From NCBI GenBank assembly GCA_963727625.1, contig CAVSHR010000003.1:64001-128000 (forward strand): 64,000 nt of DNA. The letters are read 5' to 3'. Position numbers and translations under genes: made by a program. Shown piece by piece: positions 1 through 9,764 of this stretch. The stretch's first letter is position 1, and each line of letters starts with the position of its first letter. This DNA is from an uncultured delta proteobacterium. Lineage in GTDB: Bacteria; Desulfobacterota; Binatia; UBA9968. Below the pieces are notes generated by a model. It was not told where the DNA came from. It saw nothing but the letters and a program-made list of their open reading frames with translations, and did no database searches.

Positions 1-79
1 TCAGAGCGTCATAAACGCCTGGCATGATCAGCTGGCCATGCTCCTTCAAAGCCTGACGCACGAGCTGCGCTTTTTCCAT
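1..79 (-). CDS. Isocitrate lyase/PEP mutase family protein (methylisocitrate lyase-like), N-terminus only; runs off the window
   Basis: Manual translation from ATG at 79 (GAGG upstream): MEKAQLVRQALKEHGQLIMPGVYDAL; PGVYDAL is the typical N-terminal motif of this family. Confidence 0.7.
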   Translation of the reverse strand, partial: MEKAQLVRQALKEHGQLIMPGVYDAL

Positions 80-166
80 ATTACCTCAACTATATTCGGT
101 ACCCGCTATTGGGTTTTAAAACAGCATGATGCCCCGGATTACTTCGGTATCCGAACTCATTGCCTG

Positions 167-529
167 CTATCTCCTTGGACCGCGGCCAAAGCCGCCCCGT
201 TGCGGGGGCGCCTCCAGCTTGGGGGAGACGCGCAAGATTCGCGCCGACTTTAACTCAAGGACATCGTCGCCGTAGCGAGATTTGTCCAAATGGTCGCAGC
301 GCGCTTTAATTTTATAGCGAATTTGGTGGCGGCGCACCGTGTCTGTCTTGGCGGCTTTTAGGTCTTCCAGATTGAGCTCCACATCCCCCTCGTGGCCGCG
401 GAGCTTTACGTGAATCGTGAATCGTGAACCTTCGCCCTCTTTCGCTGAGTAATCGACTCGCTTATCGACGCTGCGAATAATATCACGGAGCAGGTTCTCT
501 TCCTCCTGAAATACGCCCTTGCCAAACAT
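167..529 (-). CDS. Hypothetical basic protein with RGG/RG-rich tail; paralog of 27903-28271
   Basis: ORF with GGAGG RBS before ATG at 529; shares LLRxIIRSxDKxxDY and RRxxIRxKIKxxxDHL with the 27903 ORF. Confidence 0.75.
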   Translation of the reverse strand: MFGKGVFQEEENLLRDIIRSVDKRVDYSAKEGEGSRFTIHVKLRGHEGDVELNLEDLKAAKTDTVRRHQIRYKIKARCDHLDKSRYGDDVLELKSARILRVSPKLEAPPQRGGFGRGPRR

Positions 530-675
530 ACAGCCTCCCATTCCTGAGTTTCACTACAGCACTATGTTCGACGCGCTTGAGGTATTTAAAAAATTTACGA
601 CAAACAGGCCGGAAGATCAACGTGGAAGACATCGGGACGGCTGACTTTGGGCATTTACGGTTGGCCTCGGTCTCT

Positions 676-1638
676 TTAAGAGTGGGCCTCGGTGTTGACG
701 AACAGCTCGTCCAACGCCATTTTGCGGCCGATCAATCCCTGCTCGTGGGAATACTGCATCAGAGTCTGTAGTGTCTTGGTGTTGACTGCGCCGAGGCCGT
801 AAACCCATGGGTCGGGACCGAGAACTTCTTCTTGTTCCTCCAGGAAGGACCGGAACCAGGCGAGCGGCACGATGCGCGGGTTCTCCATGCGCTTGTAGGC
901 GGCCTTTTTCGAGGCCTCGAAAGCCTGCATTAAATTGATCGGCACCCAGGGATATTGATCGACGATCTCCTGCCTGATCGCGGTGGTGTGCATGATCGGG
1001 AATATCCCGGTGCGCTTGTAATAGTCCATCTCGAGATCGCGATAGTTTGGGAACAAGCGCGTCACCCGCTTGTCCTTGTCCAGGATCGGCTGGATCAGCT
1101 CGGGGTGAATTAACGCGTCGAGCTCGCCGTCGAGGAGCATTTTTTCAACGCTCTGAGCCGGGGTGATGCGTTGGATCTTCAAATCGGCCGGGGGCGTCCA
1201 ATCGACCTCTTCTTCGTCCTGTTTGAACCAGTTGACGCTGCGATGGGGCAGGCCGAATTCATGCTCCAGGATACCGCGAATCCAGAGATTGGCGGTGGCT
1301 TGAAAATTGCGCAGCCCCACTTTTTTGCCGATCAAGTCGGCCGGTTTGACGATGTCTTTAGCGGCATTTAGGAATACGAAGCCGTGGCGAAAGCGACGGT
1401 GCAGAAAGACCGGGATCGCGACAAACGGCAGGCCGGTATATTTGGCCATCAAATAATTCGACATGGACAGCTCGGCGACGTCGAACTCGCGGTTCCGTAG
1501 CGTGCGCCAATGCCGGATATCGGAAGTCATATCGGTGAGCACGGTCAGCTCGATACCATCGGCTTGAACCGTGCCTTCTTTTAAAGCGCGAATGCTTTCG
1601 TAATCACCGGTTGCCAAAGTGAGATGGACCTTTTTCAT
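676..1638 (-). CDS. 4,5-dihydroxyphthalate decarboxylase-like / ABC substrate-binding fold protein
   Basis: LTLATGDY, FDVAELSMS, IPVFLHRRFRH, TGIFPIMH, DPWVYGL motifs. Confidence 0.85.
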   Translation of the reverse strand: MKKVHLTLATGDYESIRALKEGTVQADGIELTVLTDMTSDIRHWRTLRNREFDVAELSMSNYLMAKYTGLPFVAIPVFLHRRFRHGFVFLNAAKDIVKPADLIGKKVGLRNFQATANLWIRGILEHEFGLPHRSVNWFKQDEEEVDWTPPADLKIQRITPAQSVEKMLLDGELDALIHPELIQPILDKDKRVTRLFPNYRDLEMDYYKRTGIFPIMHTTAIRQEIVDQYPWVPINLMQAFEASKKAAYKRMENPRIVPLAWFRSFLEEQEEVLGPDPWVYGLGAVNTKTLQTLMQYSHEQGLIGRKMALDELFVNTEAHS

Positions 1639-1755
1639 TGCGCCTATCTAGCATGGATGCTCGGTTTTGCCAAATATGCTCATAGTGAATGAATTGACTC
1701 CCCCCAACGTCTCTGTTAGTAGCCTTTGGACATTATTTTTCGAGGAGTAAGAGTC

Positions 1756-2718
1756 ATGAAATTACGGATCTTTTTGTTCGTTGGCGTCGGCCTATTCGGA
1801 TTGGCCGCGCTCGCTTCCGCGCAAGCTCCGGTGCGCATCAATTGGACCGCGGTCACCGGCGCGCAGAGCGGCATGTTTATGGCGCACCAGGAAAAATTAT
1901 TTAAGAAGAACGGCTTGGACGTCGAATTCCTGCATATCCCATCGAGCTCGCGCGGCATTCAGGCGATTCTCGCCGGCGAAATTGCCTTTTCCTTCATGGA
2001 TGGCTCCAATGCGACGCTGGCCAATCTCAAGGGCGCAAACCTGGCCCTGGTCGCCGGCGCCACCAACCGGCAGGTCTTTTCGCTGATGGCCAAACCGGAA
2101 TTCAAAAGAATTGCCGAACTCAAAGGTAAAAAAATCGGCATCACCCGAATCGGCTCATCGACACATACCTCGGCGCTTTACGCCCTTGGATCGGCAGGGT
2201 TGAAGCCGTCGGACTATCAAATCCTGCCGTTGGTCGAGGTGCCGAATATTTTTACTGCGCTGGCAGCAGGCCAGATCGATGCCGGGATCATGTCGCCGCC
2301 GACCAACTCGCGGGCGAAAAAGGCCGGATTCGTCGAGCTGATGAACATCGCTAAAGAGGGTCCGGAATTCGTCTCCGTCGCCGTGGGCACGACCCGAAGC
2401 TACATCAAGGCCCATGAGGACATCGTCCGGCGCGTCGTGCGTTCCTACGCGGAAGGCGTGCAACTCTTCAAATCCAACAAAGCCGCCTCCTTGAGAATGA
2501 TCCAGAACCAGCTCAAAGTAAAAGAGCCGGAGATCCAGGAGGACACCTACAACCAATTTCGTGAATATTTAGAGTATCCGCCTTACGTTAGCCGTAAAGG
2601 CATGCAAGCCGTGCTCGACGGGATTGCGGAGAAAAACCCGGCGGCAAGAAACGTCAAGCCGGAGGATTTTCTCGACATGCGCTTCGTCGCCGAGCTCGAT
2701 AAGAAAGGCGGAAAATAG
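1756..2718 (+). CDS. ABC transporter substrate-binding protein (NMT1/SsuA-like)
   Basis: Signal peptide, FKKNGLDVE, LKGKKIGITRIGSST, C-terminal FLDMRFVAEL; GAGGAG upstream of ATG 1756. Confidence 0.85.
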   Translation: MKLRIFLFVGVGLFGLAALASAQAPVRINWTAVTGAQSGMFMAHQEKLFKKNGLDVEFLHIPSSSRGIQAILAGEIAFSFMDGSNATLANLKGANLALVAGATNRQVFSLMAKPEFKRIAELKGKKIGITRIGSSTHTSALYALGSAGLKPSDYQILPLVEVPNIFTALAAGQIDAGIMSPPTNSRAKKAGFVELMNIAKEGPEFVSVAVGTTRSYIKAHEDIVRRVVRSYAEGVQLFKSNKAASLRMIQNQLKVKEPEIQEDTYNQFREYLEYPPYVSRKGMQAVLDGIAEKNPAARNVKPEDFLDMRFVAELDKKGGK

Positions 2719-2780
2719 GCTGGCACCGCGGAGACTCACGCGGGCGACTGCGGTACCGCGCCTGTCGTCGAATGGCGCCG

Positions 2781-3839
2781 CTAATGCGCCGCGCCGGCCC
2801 GCTTTTTCGTCTCCAACCCCAATCCGACGATGAACGACGGATTGACCGTGCACATGGTATAAAGCTCTTCCGCCGTGCAGCCGAATGCCGCCATATAGCC
2901 GCGCAGCAGACGGAGCGACTCGACCGAATTCGGGAACAGCGGCTCGCCCGCGTCCGACGACAGTGTGCAGTGCTCGGGTCCGACGATGCGAATCGCTTTA
3001 TACATGATTGCCGGGTCGATGCCGAGAAGCGGCGACAATTCGTCGAAAGTGAAGTTGAGCCACAGGCCGGCCGCGCCGGCGTCTTTCATTTCCTCAATGG
3101 TCAAATTGACGAAGGGGCTGAAGGGATGGTCGACGACGCCCTTTTTGAAACCGATCTTTTGGCTGAACTCCGCCATCGCCCTGAACTCCGCTTTGGTCGG
3201 ATGACCAAAAAAGATCGCCGCATTGTGATCACGGGCCATGCGGAAGATCTCTTCGATTTCCGGCAAAAGCCGGTCCTTGTCGTCGAGCAGGTAATGGCCG
3301 TATTTAAGCGAGTCGGACCAGGACAGCGGCTCGGTATGAGCCTTCGGATCGGCATTCTTGTCCCAAGCGCTGGGCTTGCCGCCGACGATGGAGAGCGTGT
3401 TGGCTGAAGTGTTGTTGGGCATCCAAAGACCGACGACGCCGGCTTTGAGCATCTTGGCGGACCACGCCGGCTCGATCTTCGAGAGAAAACCCTGGGTGAC
3501 CGAGCTGCCGGGCCAGACGTGCGCCGGAGTTAAACCCTTCTCTGCGCACCAGGATTCGAGCTTGCTCCGAACACCGCCAACTGTTCCCGCGGGATCCTTC
3601 CGTCCCACGATCGTCTTGTAGAGTATGCCCATCATGCCGCTTTTCGAGGCAAGCTTGGCGACGCCGAGGGCGTCCTGCTGCCCTTCGTGCGCATGGCAGT
3701 GAATATCGATGGCGCCCTCCACGCCGACCACGCGATCGAGCGAGGGGTCAACGGCCTGTTTGTAGCCGCGCCGGGCGGGATAAGAAGTCACCGAGCGAAC
3801 GGAGCTCGGCGTGGAATAGTTTGGCTTTGTCTCGGTCAT
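2781..3839 (-). CDS. Amidohydrolase-superfamily (TIM-barrel metal-binding, DUF6282-like) protein
   Basis: IDIHCH, FFGHP, VVDHP, LSSDAG, TVNP motifs; GGAGG upstream of ATG 3839. Confidence 0.75.
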   Translation of the reverse strand: MTETKPNYSTPSSVRSVTSYPARRGYKQAVDPSLDRVVGVEGAIDIHCHAHEGQQDALGVAKLASKSGMMGILYKTIVGRKDPAGTVGGVRSKLESWCAEKGLTPAHVWPGSSVTQGFLSKIEPAWSAKMLKAGVVGLWMPNNTSANTLSIVGGKPSAWDKNADPKAHTEPLSWSDSLKYGHYLLDDKDRLLPEIEEIFRMARDHNAAIFFGHPTKAEFRAMAEFSQKIGFKKGVVDHPFSPFVNLTIEEMKDAGAAGLWLNFTFDELSPLLGIDPAIMYKAIRIVGPEHCTLSSDAGEPLFPNSVESLRLLRGYMAAFGCTAEELYTMCTVNPSFIVGLGLETKKRAGAAH

Positions 3840-4179
3840 GATCAATCCTCCCGATTGGCGAATTGACTGGACCATAGCGCGTCTTCGGGCGGCGGGCAAA
3901 TTAATTCACTCCGGTGGCCGAGCCATGCGAGTCCCGTGCAGTTTTCCGGCCGAATTCAGGAGCGCGAGACTGCCGTTCTATAAACTTGCCGGTTCGTTCG
4001 GCTCGACGCGCGCCGCGACGAATCACAAGGTTTGCACCGCAGGCTGAAGCGACTCCGCCGGCTTTCCCCGCGAATCCAAGTTGACAATTTTCACAGCCGG
4101 GTGTTATCAGCAGGATTCCGACGCACGACGACATCGAGAAGCGCGACGATAAGAGCCCTGGTCGGCAGAGGAGGAACTC

Positions 4180-5283
4180 ATGGCACAACAGCTCAAAATC
4201 ATCGATGGCGACGGCCATATTTTCGAGGACGGGGAGGCCATCGCCCGCCACTTTCCCTACAGCGCCGCGGGAGGCCGCCTGAGAAGCGGCGTATTTCCGC
4301 TGAACAGCCATATTCAATATTCGCTCACCCGCACTCCGCCGGGCGCCTTCGCCACTACTCCCGACGGTCGGTTTCAAAATCCCGGACCGGAAGGCTGGAT
4401 GGAGTTCATGGATCAAGCGGGGATCGACCATGCGGTGCTCTTTCCCACCGCCGGCCAGCGCATCGGCCGGATCGTCGACCGAGACTACGCCAGCGGCGCA
4501 GCCAGGGCTTACAATGACTGGTTGGCGGAGACCTATCTTCGGCGCGATTCGCGCTTCAAGGGCGTCGCGATTCTGCCGATGCATGATGCCGAAGCCGCCT
4601 TGGAGGAATTACATCATGCCTATCAAGAGCTGGGCCTGTGCGCCGTCCTGTTCCCGGCGACGGGCGTGCACCTGAACCTCGGCGCCAAGCCCCTCTGGCC
4701 GGTGTACGCCGAAGCGGCTCGGTTGGGCTGTCCGGTGGTCGTTCACGGCGGCGGCCACTGGGACCTGGGTATGGATACGATGAACGTTTCCACCGGCGCC
4801 AACGCCATCGGCCATCCCATGTCTCTGGCGATCGCTCTGGCGGAGATGGTCTTAAACAATCTCTTTGAGCGCTGCGCCGGCCTGCGCGTGGCCTACCTCG
4901 AGGGCGGTCCGCTCTGGTTTCTCATGGCGCTCGAACGTCTGTCGCGATCCTTTGAGGCAGGCACTCCGGTCAATCCTCGCGGCGAACTGCTGCAGTTGCC
5001 GGAGGGACAAACAGTCGCGGACTACATCCGGGGGCTGGTTCAAGCAGGCCGGCTGGTCGTGGGGATCGAAGGAGGGGAGTCCGACCTCGCTTACGCGATC
5101 CAGATCGCCGGTGAGCGCGCGTTTATGTTTTCGTCGGACTTTCCGCACGAGGTGAACCTTCTGACGATTCGTAAGGAAATTCGGGAACTTTGCGAGCGCG
5201 AGGAGATTAGCGAAGCAGCCAAGCAGGCGATCCTTGCCGGCAATGCCGCCCGGTTCTACAACCTGGCCTCGGCATCCAATTAG
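4180..5283 (+). CDS. Amidohydrolase family protein (amidohydro_2)
   Basis: IDGDGHI, VLFPT, AYNDWL, VVHGG, FSSDFPHE, NAARFY. Confidence 0.9.
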   Translation: MAQQLKIIDGDGHIFEDGEAIARHFPYSAAGGRLRSGVFPLNSHIQYSLTRTPPGAFATTPDGRFQNPGPEGWMEFMDQAGIDHAVLFPTAGQRIGRIVDRDYASGAARAYNDWLAETYLRRDSRFKGVAILPMHDAEAALEELHHAYQELGLCAVLFPATGVHLNLGAKPLWPVYAEAARLGCPVVVHGGGHWDLGMDTMNVSTGANAIGHPMSLAIALAEMVLNNLFERCAGLRVAYLEGGPLWFLMALERLSRSFEAGTPVNPRGELLQLPEGQTVADYIRGLVQAGRLVVGIEGGESDLAYAIQIAGERAFMFSSDFPHEVNLLTIRKEIRELCEREEISEAAKQAILAGNAARFYNLASASN

Positions 5284-5350
5284 ACGCCCGTAAACAAGGA
5301 ATGGCTGGCTCGCGGCATCGATGCTGAAAAAGCTCGGCTAAGGAGAGGAC

Positions 5351-6361
5351 ATGGAAATCGCCAAAATCATAGATTCCGACGGTCACGTTCAAGAGCACGA
5401 CGCCGATATCAGGCCGCACATGGAGGAGCCCTTTCGCCATCGACGAGGCAGCCTGCTGCCGAGCGACGAGTGGGACTCCAGCATGTACGGCACGCTGGGG
5501 ATGAAAGTCCGCGATGTGGCGATGCGGCTGGGCGATATGGACAAAGAGACCATCGACACCGCCGTGCTTTTTCCGACCAGCGCCTTTCATATGAGCCGTC
5601 TTGCGGAAAAGGATTACGCCGCGGCATACTGCCGGGCCTACAACAATTGGATCGCCGCACACTGCAACGAGAGCCCCCGGCTCAAAGGCGCGGCCCTCGT
5701 GCCGTTTCAGAATGTCGCCGCCGCGGCGGCGGAAGCGAACCGCGCGGTCACCAAGCTCGGCCTCGTCGGGGTCGCCATCGCCTCTTTCGGACTGAAAGAG
5801 CACTTGGGAAAGCCGGAATTTTGGCCGATCTACGAGGAACTGCAAAGGCTCAACGTGCCTCTTCTGGTGCACAACTCCCGCCAGGGGCCGGCAGGCGAGA
5901 TCCGCTTCGACACTTTTCTCTTCAAGCACACCATCGGGCGGCCGTTCGAGACGCTGCTCGACTGCGCGTCGCTGATGTACGGCGGCGTGCCGGAAAAGTT
6001 TCCCGACTTGCGCATCGCGTTTCTGGAGTGCGGCGCGGGCTGGGTCCCCTACTGGATGGATCGGATGGACGAGGAGTGGGAGAAACGGCAATCCGAGGCG
6101 CCGTTGCTCAAGGCCAAGCCCAGCGAATACATGACCCGCGGCAACTGGTACTTTGCCGCGGAACCGGAAGAGACCACTCTGCCCTATGTCCTCGATCGCC
6201 TAGGCGAAGATGTCATTCTTTTCGCTTCGGATTACCCCCACTGGGACGGCAACTTTCCCTACATGGTCGCGACGCTGAAAGAGCGCAAAGACATTTCCGA
6301 CAGCGCGAAGAAAAAAATTCTCTGCGAGAACGCCCTGCGGCTCTACGGCTGGAGCCGGTGA
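5351..6361 (+). CDS. Amidohydrolase family protein (amidohydro_2)
   Basis: IDSDGHV, AYNNWI, FLECGAGWVP, FASDYPHWD, NALRLY. Confidence 0.9.
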   Translation: MEIAKIIDSDGHVQEHDADIRPHMEEPFRHRRGSLLPSDEWDSSMYGTLGMKVRDVAMRLGDMDKETIDTAVLFPTSAFHMSRLAEKDYAAAYCRAYNNWIAAHCNESPRLKGAALVPFQNVAAAAAEANRAVTKLGLVGVAIASFGLKEHLGKPEFWPIYEELQRLNVPLLVHNSRQGPAGEIRFDTFLFKHTIGRPFETLLDCASLMYGGVPEKFPDLRIAFLECGAGWVPYWMDRMDEEWEKRQSEAPLLKAKPSEYMTRGNWYFAAEPEETTLPYVLDRLGEDVILFASDYPHWDGNFPYMVATLKERKDISDSAKKKILCENALRLYGWSR

Positions 6362-6473
6362 CGATTCGCCCGCTTGCATCGCTGCGGATTTGCGATCGGG
6401 AGTTCTCGAACCGAGTCGAAGCGCCGCTCGTATCGTCACAGCCAGGCGAATTCTCGTTCCTTTGCCGGTCAGC

Positions 6474-7370
6474 TCATATTTTGAATCCGTGCAGCCTTGC
6501 CGGATTGTCGACGAGGATCTTTCGCAGCAGCGCCGCGTCATTGTCGACGTAGCGGTAAAGCAGCTCGACCTCTTCGGCGTCGTTCATCATGGGTTTGCTC
6601 CACTGGGGATGGGGCCAGTCGGTGCCCCAGATGATGTTGTCCGGCGCCGCCTCGATGAACGCCCTGCCGTAGGGGATCGCGTCGTCCCAACCCGAATCCA
6701 TTTTCGAGTCGCGGTTGCCGTTCGACACCATCATCCACCAGTTCTCCTGCTTCAGCATGTCGAGCAGCCAACGGATCACCGGGCGGTCCATGCCGCCGTC
6801 GAAGCCGACATGGCCGAAATGATCGACGACCATCGGCACGTCCTTGAGCGAATGCAGCAAATCGGAATTTTCGAGCAGGTCGTTGCCGTTGACATGCAGG
6901 CGGGCGTGCCAGCCGAGCTCGCGCAGCCGCGCCATCGAGCGCCTGACCTCCGCTTCGCGCTGATCGAGGGTCAGAAAGCGGACGAAGTTGAAGCGCGCGC
7001 CGCGCACGCCGGCCGCGTGCATGCGCTCGAGCTCCTGGTCCGAAACCCGGTCATCGACGATGCCGATGCCGCGGTAGCGGTCGCGATCGTTCAAGCTCTC
7101 CAGAGTGTGGAGCAGCAGCCGGTGATCGCTGCCGTAAATCGCGCTATGGACGATGACGCCGCGATCGAAGCCGAGCGCCTTGTGGGTTTTTTGCGCTGCG
7201 GCGAAGGTCGCGCTTTCGATCGGCGGGTAAGGTGGGTTGGGCCGCGGCGGGAACCTCGCCGGATTTTTGTAAACGTGAAATTGGCAATCGCAGCTTCCCG
7301 CCGGCGGCGCCGGCACCGGTATGCGCGGCTGTTTGTCCCATTCGTAAAATTTCTGCCCGCCCGTCGCCAT
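6474..7370 (-). CDS. Amidohydrolase, 2-pyrone-4,6-dicarboxylate lactonase (LigI)-like
   Basis: CDCQFHV, GVRGARFN, VVDHFGH, IWGTDWPHP, LVDNPARL. Confidence 0.85.
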   Translation of the reverse strand: MATGGQKFYEWDKQPRIPVPAPPAGSCDCQFHVYKNPARFPPRPNPPYPPIESATFAAAQKTHKALGFDRGVIVHSAIYGSDHRLLLHTLESLNDRDRYRGIGIVDDRVSDQELERMHAAGVRGARFNFVRFLTLDQREAEVRRSMARLRELGWHARLHVNGNDLLENSDLLHSLKDVPMVVDHFGHVGFDGGMDRPVIRWLLDMLKQENWWMMVSNGNRDSKMDSGWDDAIPYGRAFIEAAPDNIIWGTDWPHPQWSKPMMNDAEEVELLYRYVDNDAALLRKILVDNPARLHGFKI

Positions 7371-7523
7371 CGTCGCTTTCCTACCGATCTATCAGATTGC
7401 TATTTGAATTCGGCGTTGCCTGTTTGAATCGTTGAACCTTGGAACGACTCCACGATTCACTCAAACTGGGCTTTGATGCTGGAACCCCGCTCTTAAGCAC
7501 GACGTGAACGTTTGTCAAGCGGG

Positions 7524-7552
7524 TTGACGGCGCGGGAGGCGGTGCTTACCTT
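7524..7552 (+). promoter_or_regulatory. Putative sigma70 promoter for hsp20
   Basis: TTGACG-N17-TACCTT upstream of AAGGAGG RBS. Confidence 0.4.
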
Positions 7553-7575
7553 TTAATCATAAGGAGGTACGCATT

Positions 7576-8016
7576 ATGGAACTAGTAAGATGGGAACCGG
7601 TTACCGAATTTGGCAATATTCGTTCCGTGTTCAATGATTTGTTCGAGGACAACATGGGCCGCGCGGCCGCGCAAGCGAGCGTATCGCAAGGGTATCCGGC
7701 GGTGGATGTGTTGGAGAGCAAGGATTCTTATCTGATCCGCGCGGAGCTTCCCGGCATGAAACGGGAAGACATCAAAGTGGAAGTAAAGGACGGAACGCTG
7801 GTTCTCAGCGGGGAAAGAAAATCGGAGAAACCCGCTGAAGGCGTCGAATACCGCCACATAGAACGGGTGGCCGCGAAGTTCTGGCGCTCATTCTCCCTTC
7901 CTGAGACCGTAAAGCAGGACGGCATCGAAGCCACCTACAAAGAGGGTTTGCTCGAGATACGCGTGCCGAAGGCGGAAGAGGCCAAGCCGCGCCAGATCGA
8001 AATCAGCGTGCATTAA
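7576..8016 (+). CDS. Hsp20/alpha-crystallin small heat-shock protein
   Basis: PAVDVLE, AELPGM, LVLSGER, FWRSFSLP, ATYKEGLLEIRVPK. Confidence 0.95.
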   Translation: MELVRWEPVTEFGNIRSVFNDLFEDNMGRAAAQASVSQGYPAVDVLESKDSYLIRAELPGMKREDIKVEVKDGTLVLSGERKSEKPAEGVEYRHIERVAAKFWRSFSLPETVKQDGIEATYKEGLLEIRVPKAEEAKPRQIEISVH

Positions 8017-8036
8017 TTGGGTTATTAAACCGTAAC

Positions 8037-8069
8037 AAAAAAAGGGAGGCGAGCCGCCTTCCTTTTTTT
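8037..8069. terminator. Bidirectional intrinsic terminator
   Basis: A7-GGGAGGCG-agc-CGCCTTCC-T7 between convergent genes. Confidence 0.85.
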
Positions 8070-8123
8070 GTTTAGAATTCGTCTCGGGTTATTTTCGCCG
8101 GCATGGTGCGAGCCCATTGATTC

Positions 8124-8169
8124 TTAAACGGCTTAAACAGTTTGAACGCCTGGAACGATTTGTACGATT
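8124..8169. repeat. Tandem degenerate 9-mer repeat (TTRAACRNN)
   Basis: ttaaacggc ttaaacagt ttgaacgcc tggaacgat ttgtacgat; same family at ~7423-7448 and 63814-63849. Confidence 0.7.
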
Positions 8170-8177
8170 GAAAGTCG

Positions 8178-8609
8178 TTATCCCCGCACGGCCAGACTCC
8201 AGCAGCGGCGGCACCGGCGCGCGCCGAAAGCTTTGCGGCCTGCGCATCCCGGGCAACGGTAGGCTCGGGGATTTTTCCTGCTCTTCTCGACCGACTTGAG
8301 CGGGCTCAATGTCAGCCGCAGTTCACGCACCTCGATCTCGCTGGCGCGCTCCGGGCAGTCGCGGCGGCGCCTCAGCCAGGGCCAGAAAAAAGGCGCATTG
8401 CCCGGCTTCGTGTTCGTTACGGTCCTGAATTGTCCGAGGCTGCCGCAGCCGAGCTGTTTCTGCATTGCGGCGCACTTCATGATCGCGATGCCGCTCATCT
8501 TCATGGGGCACCAGACCATGCCGCTTGGATAACCCCATTCGTCCAGCGTGACACGCTGGACCGAGCTGCGGCCGTTCGACAACCCTCTTTTTTTGCTTAC
8601 GCCGGACAT
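8178..8609 (-). CDS. Hypothetical basic Cys-rich protein with C-terminal CxxC-x10-CxxC
   Basis: AGGA upstream of ATG; 8 Cys including CPGC...CRRC. Confidence 0.6.
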   Translation of the reverse strand: MSGVSKKRGLSNGRSSVQRVTLDEWGYPSGMVWCPMKMSGIAIMKCAAMQKQLGCGSLGQFRTVTNTKPGNAPFFWPWLRRRRDCPERASEIEVRELRLTLSPLKSVEKSRKNPRAYRCPGCAGRKAFGARRCRRCWSLAVRG

Positions 8610-8818
8610 CGTTCCTGAACTTTCTTGCCCTCAGTATGCGCAAAATCCTTCACATCGCAAGGAAAGAAAAAAGGCGGAAAGCTCGGTGGAGGAGTCGCAC
8701 TAAGGCGGTCTTGCGATACGTTCCAACGAAACCGTTCTTTGCCGCTGGGCTAGGATGGGTTGCGTCAGCGATTCGAGTCTGGACTGTCGAGCGCGCCGCT
8801 GTTAACTGTTGAATATAT

Positions 8819-9319
8819 ATGGATGTCGTTGCTCATGGTCTCTGGGGCGGCGCGCTCTTTTATTCCCAGGGGCGAAAGAAGTTTTTCGCCGGAGCTTTGA
8901 TCGGCATGGCGCCCGATCTGTTATCGTTCGGCGTGTTTCACGTCACCCATCCGGGATGGATCACGATGCGTCTGGCAGGGGAAATTTCCGGGCCGCCGCC
9001 GCTGACGCTGCTTCCGCCGTACGTCTTTCACGCCTACAACGTGACTCATAGTCTCGTCGTCTGGGCCGTCGCGTTTTTACTGCTCTGGCTCGTCATGAGA
9101 AAACCGCCGTGGCTATTGGCTGCTTGGCTTTTGCATATTCTCTGTGACATTCCCACGCACGCAACGAGTTATTTCCCGACGCCGTTCTTCTGGCCGTTTC
9201 CGACCCCGTTCGTCAACGGCATTCCATGGTCCACCCCATGGTTCATGGCGGCCAATTACTCGGCGATATTTGTGGTTTACTGCTGGCTGGTTTTTTATTT
9301 CCGCAGGGTGGCTAGCTGA
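8819..9319 (+). CDS. Membrane-bound metal-dependent hydrolase (YdjM-like)
   Basis: MDVVAHG, MAPDL, THSL, LHILCD, FFWPF motifs; hydrophobic. Confidence 0.85.
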   Translation: MDVVAHGLWGGALFYSQGRKKFFAGALIGMAPDLLSFGVFHVTHPGWITMRLAGEISGPPPLTLLPPYVFHAYNVTHSLVVWAVAFLLLWLVMRKPPWLLAAWLLHILCDIPTHATSYFPTPFFWPFPTPFVNGIPWSTPWFMAANYSAIFVVYCWLVFYFRRVAS

Positions 9320-9764
9320 AGAACAGCGACGCGATGCCGCTAACCGGAGCGTATCCAGGCTGCGAATCCTGATTTTGTCGGGTTGCTTGGATCTGTTCCT
9401 GTCGGGCACTCAAGAAGCGATTGGCAAGATCATGAAGGTGGTTGATCCCCGACTTGGGCATCGATCGATCAACTAAAGATAGTCAAGGTGTCAAGGCTTG
9501 TCCCTCACGGTCGCTCACAAATAATCCCCGCATCTATGATCAAAAAGGTGTGTCATATTTAATTAGCGCTTTGAAGATGAACGCATGACATCGCGTATTG
9601 GTTAAGAGGAATTATATCTGTGGAACCGATCGCCTCAAAATTCCAAAGTCGATTGCCGTTTGGGTTGGGGTCGACGATCCGTGCGCCCGGGCGACCTCGC
9701 ATGGACTCGCTATGAAATTGGACTTATTCCCTTTTCTCTTTACTCCCAAAGCACTCGCTCGTGC

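Noticed and set aside
5470-7427. Long alternative-frame ORFs (5470-6552, 5207-6091, 6390-7427)
   Set aside because: Shadow ORFs of high-GC amidohydrolase genes; Arg/Ala-rich with no motifs.
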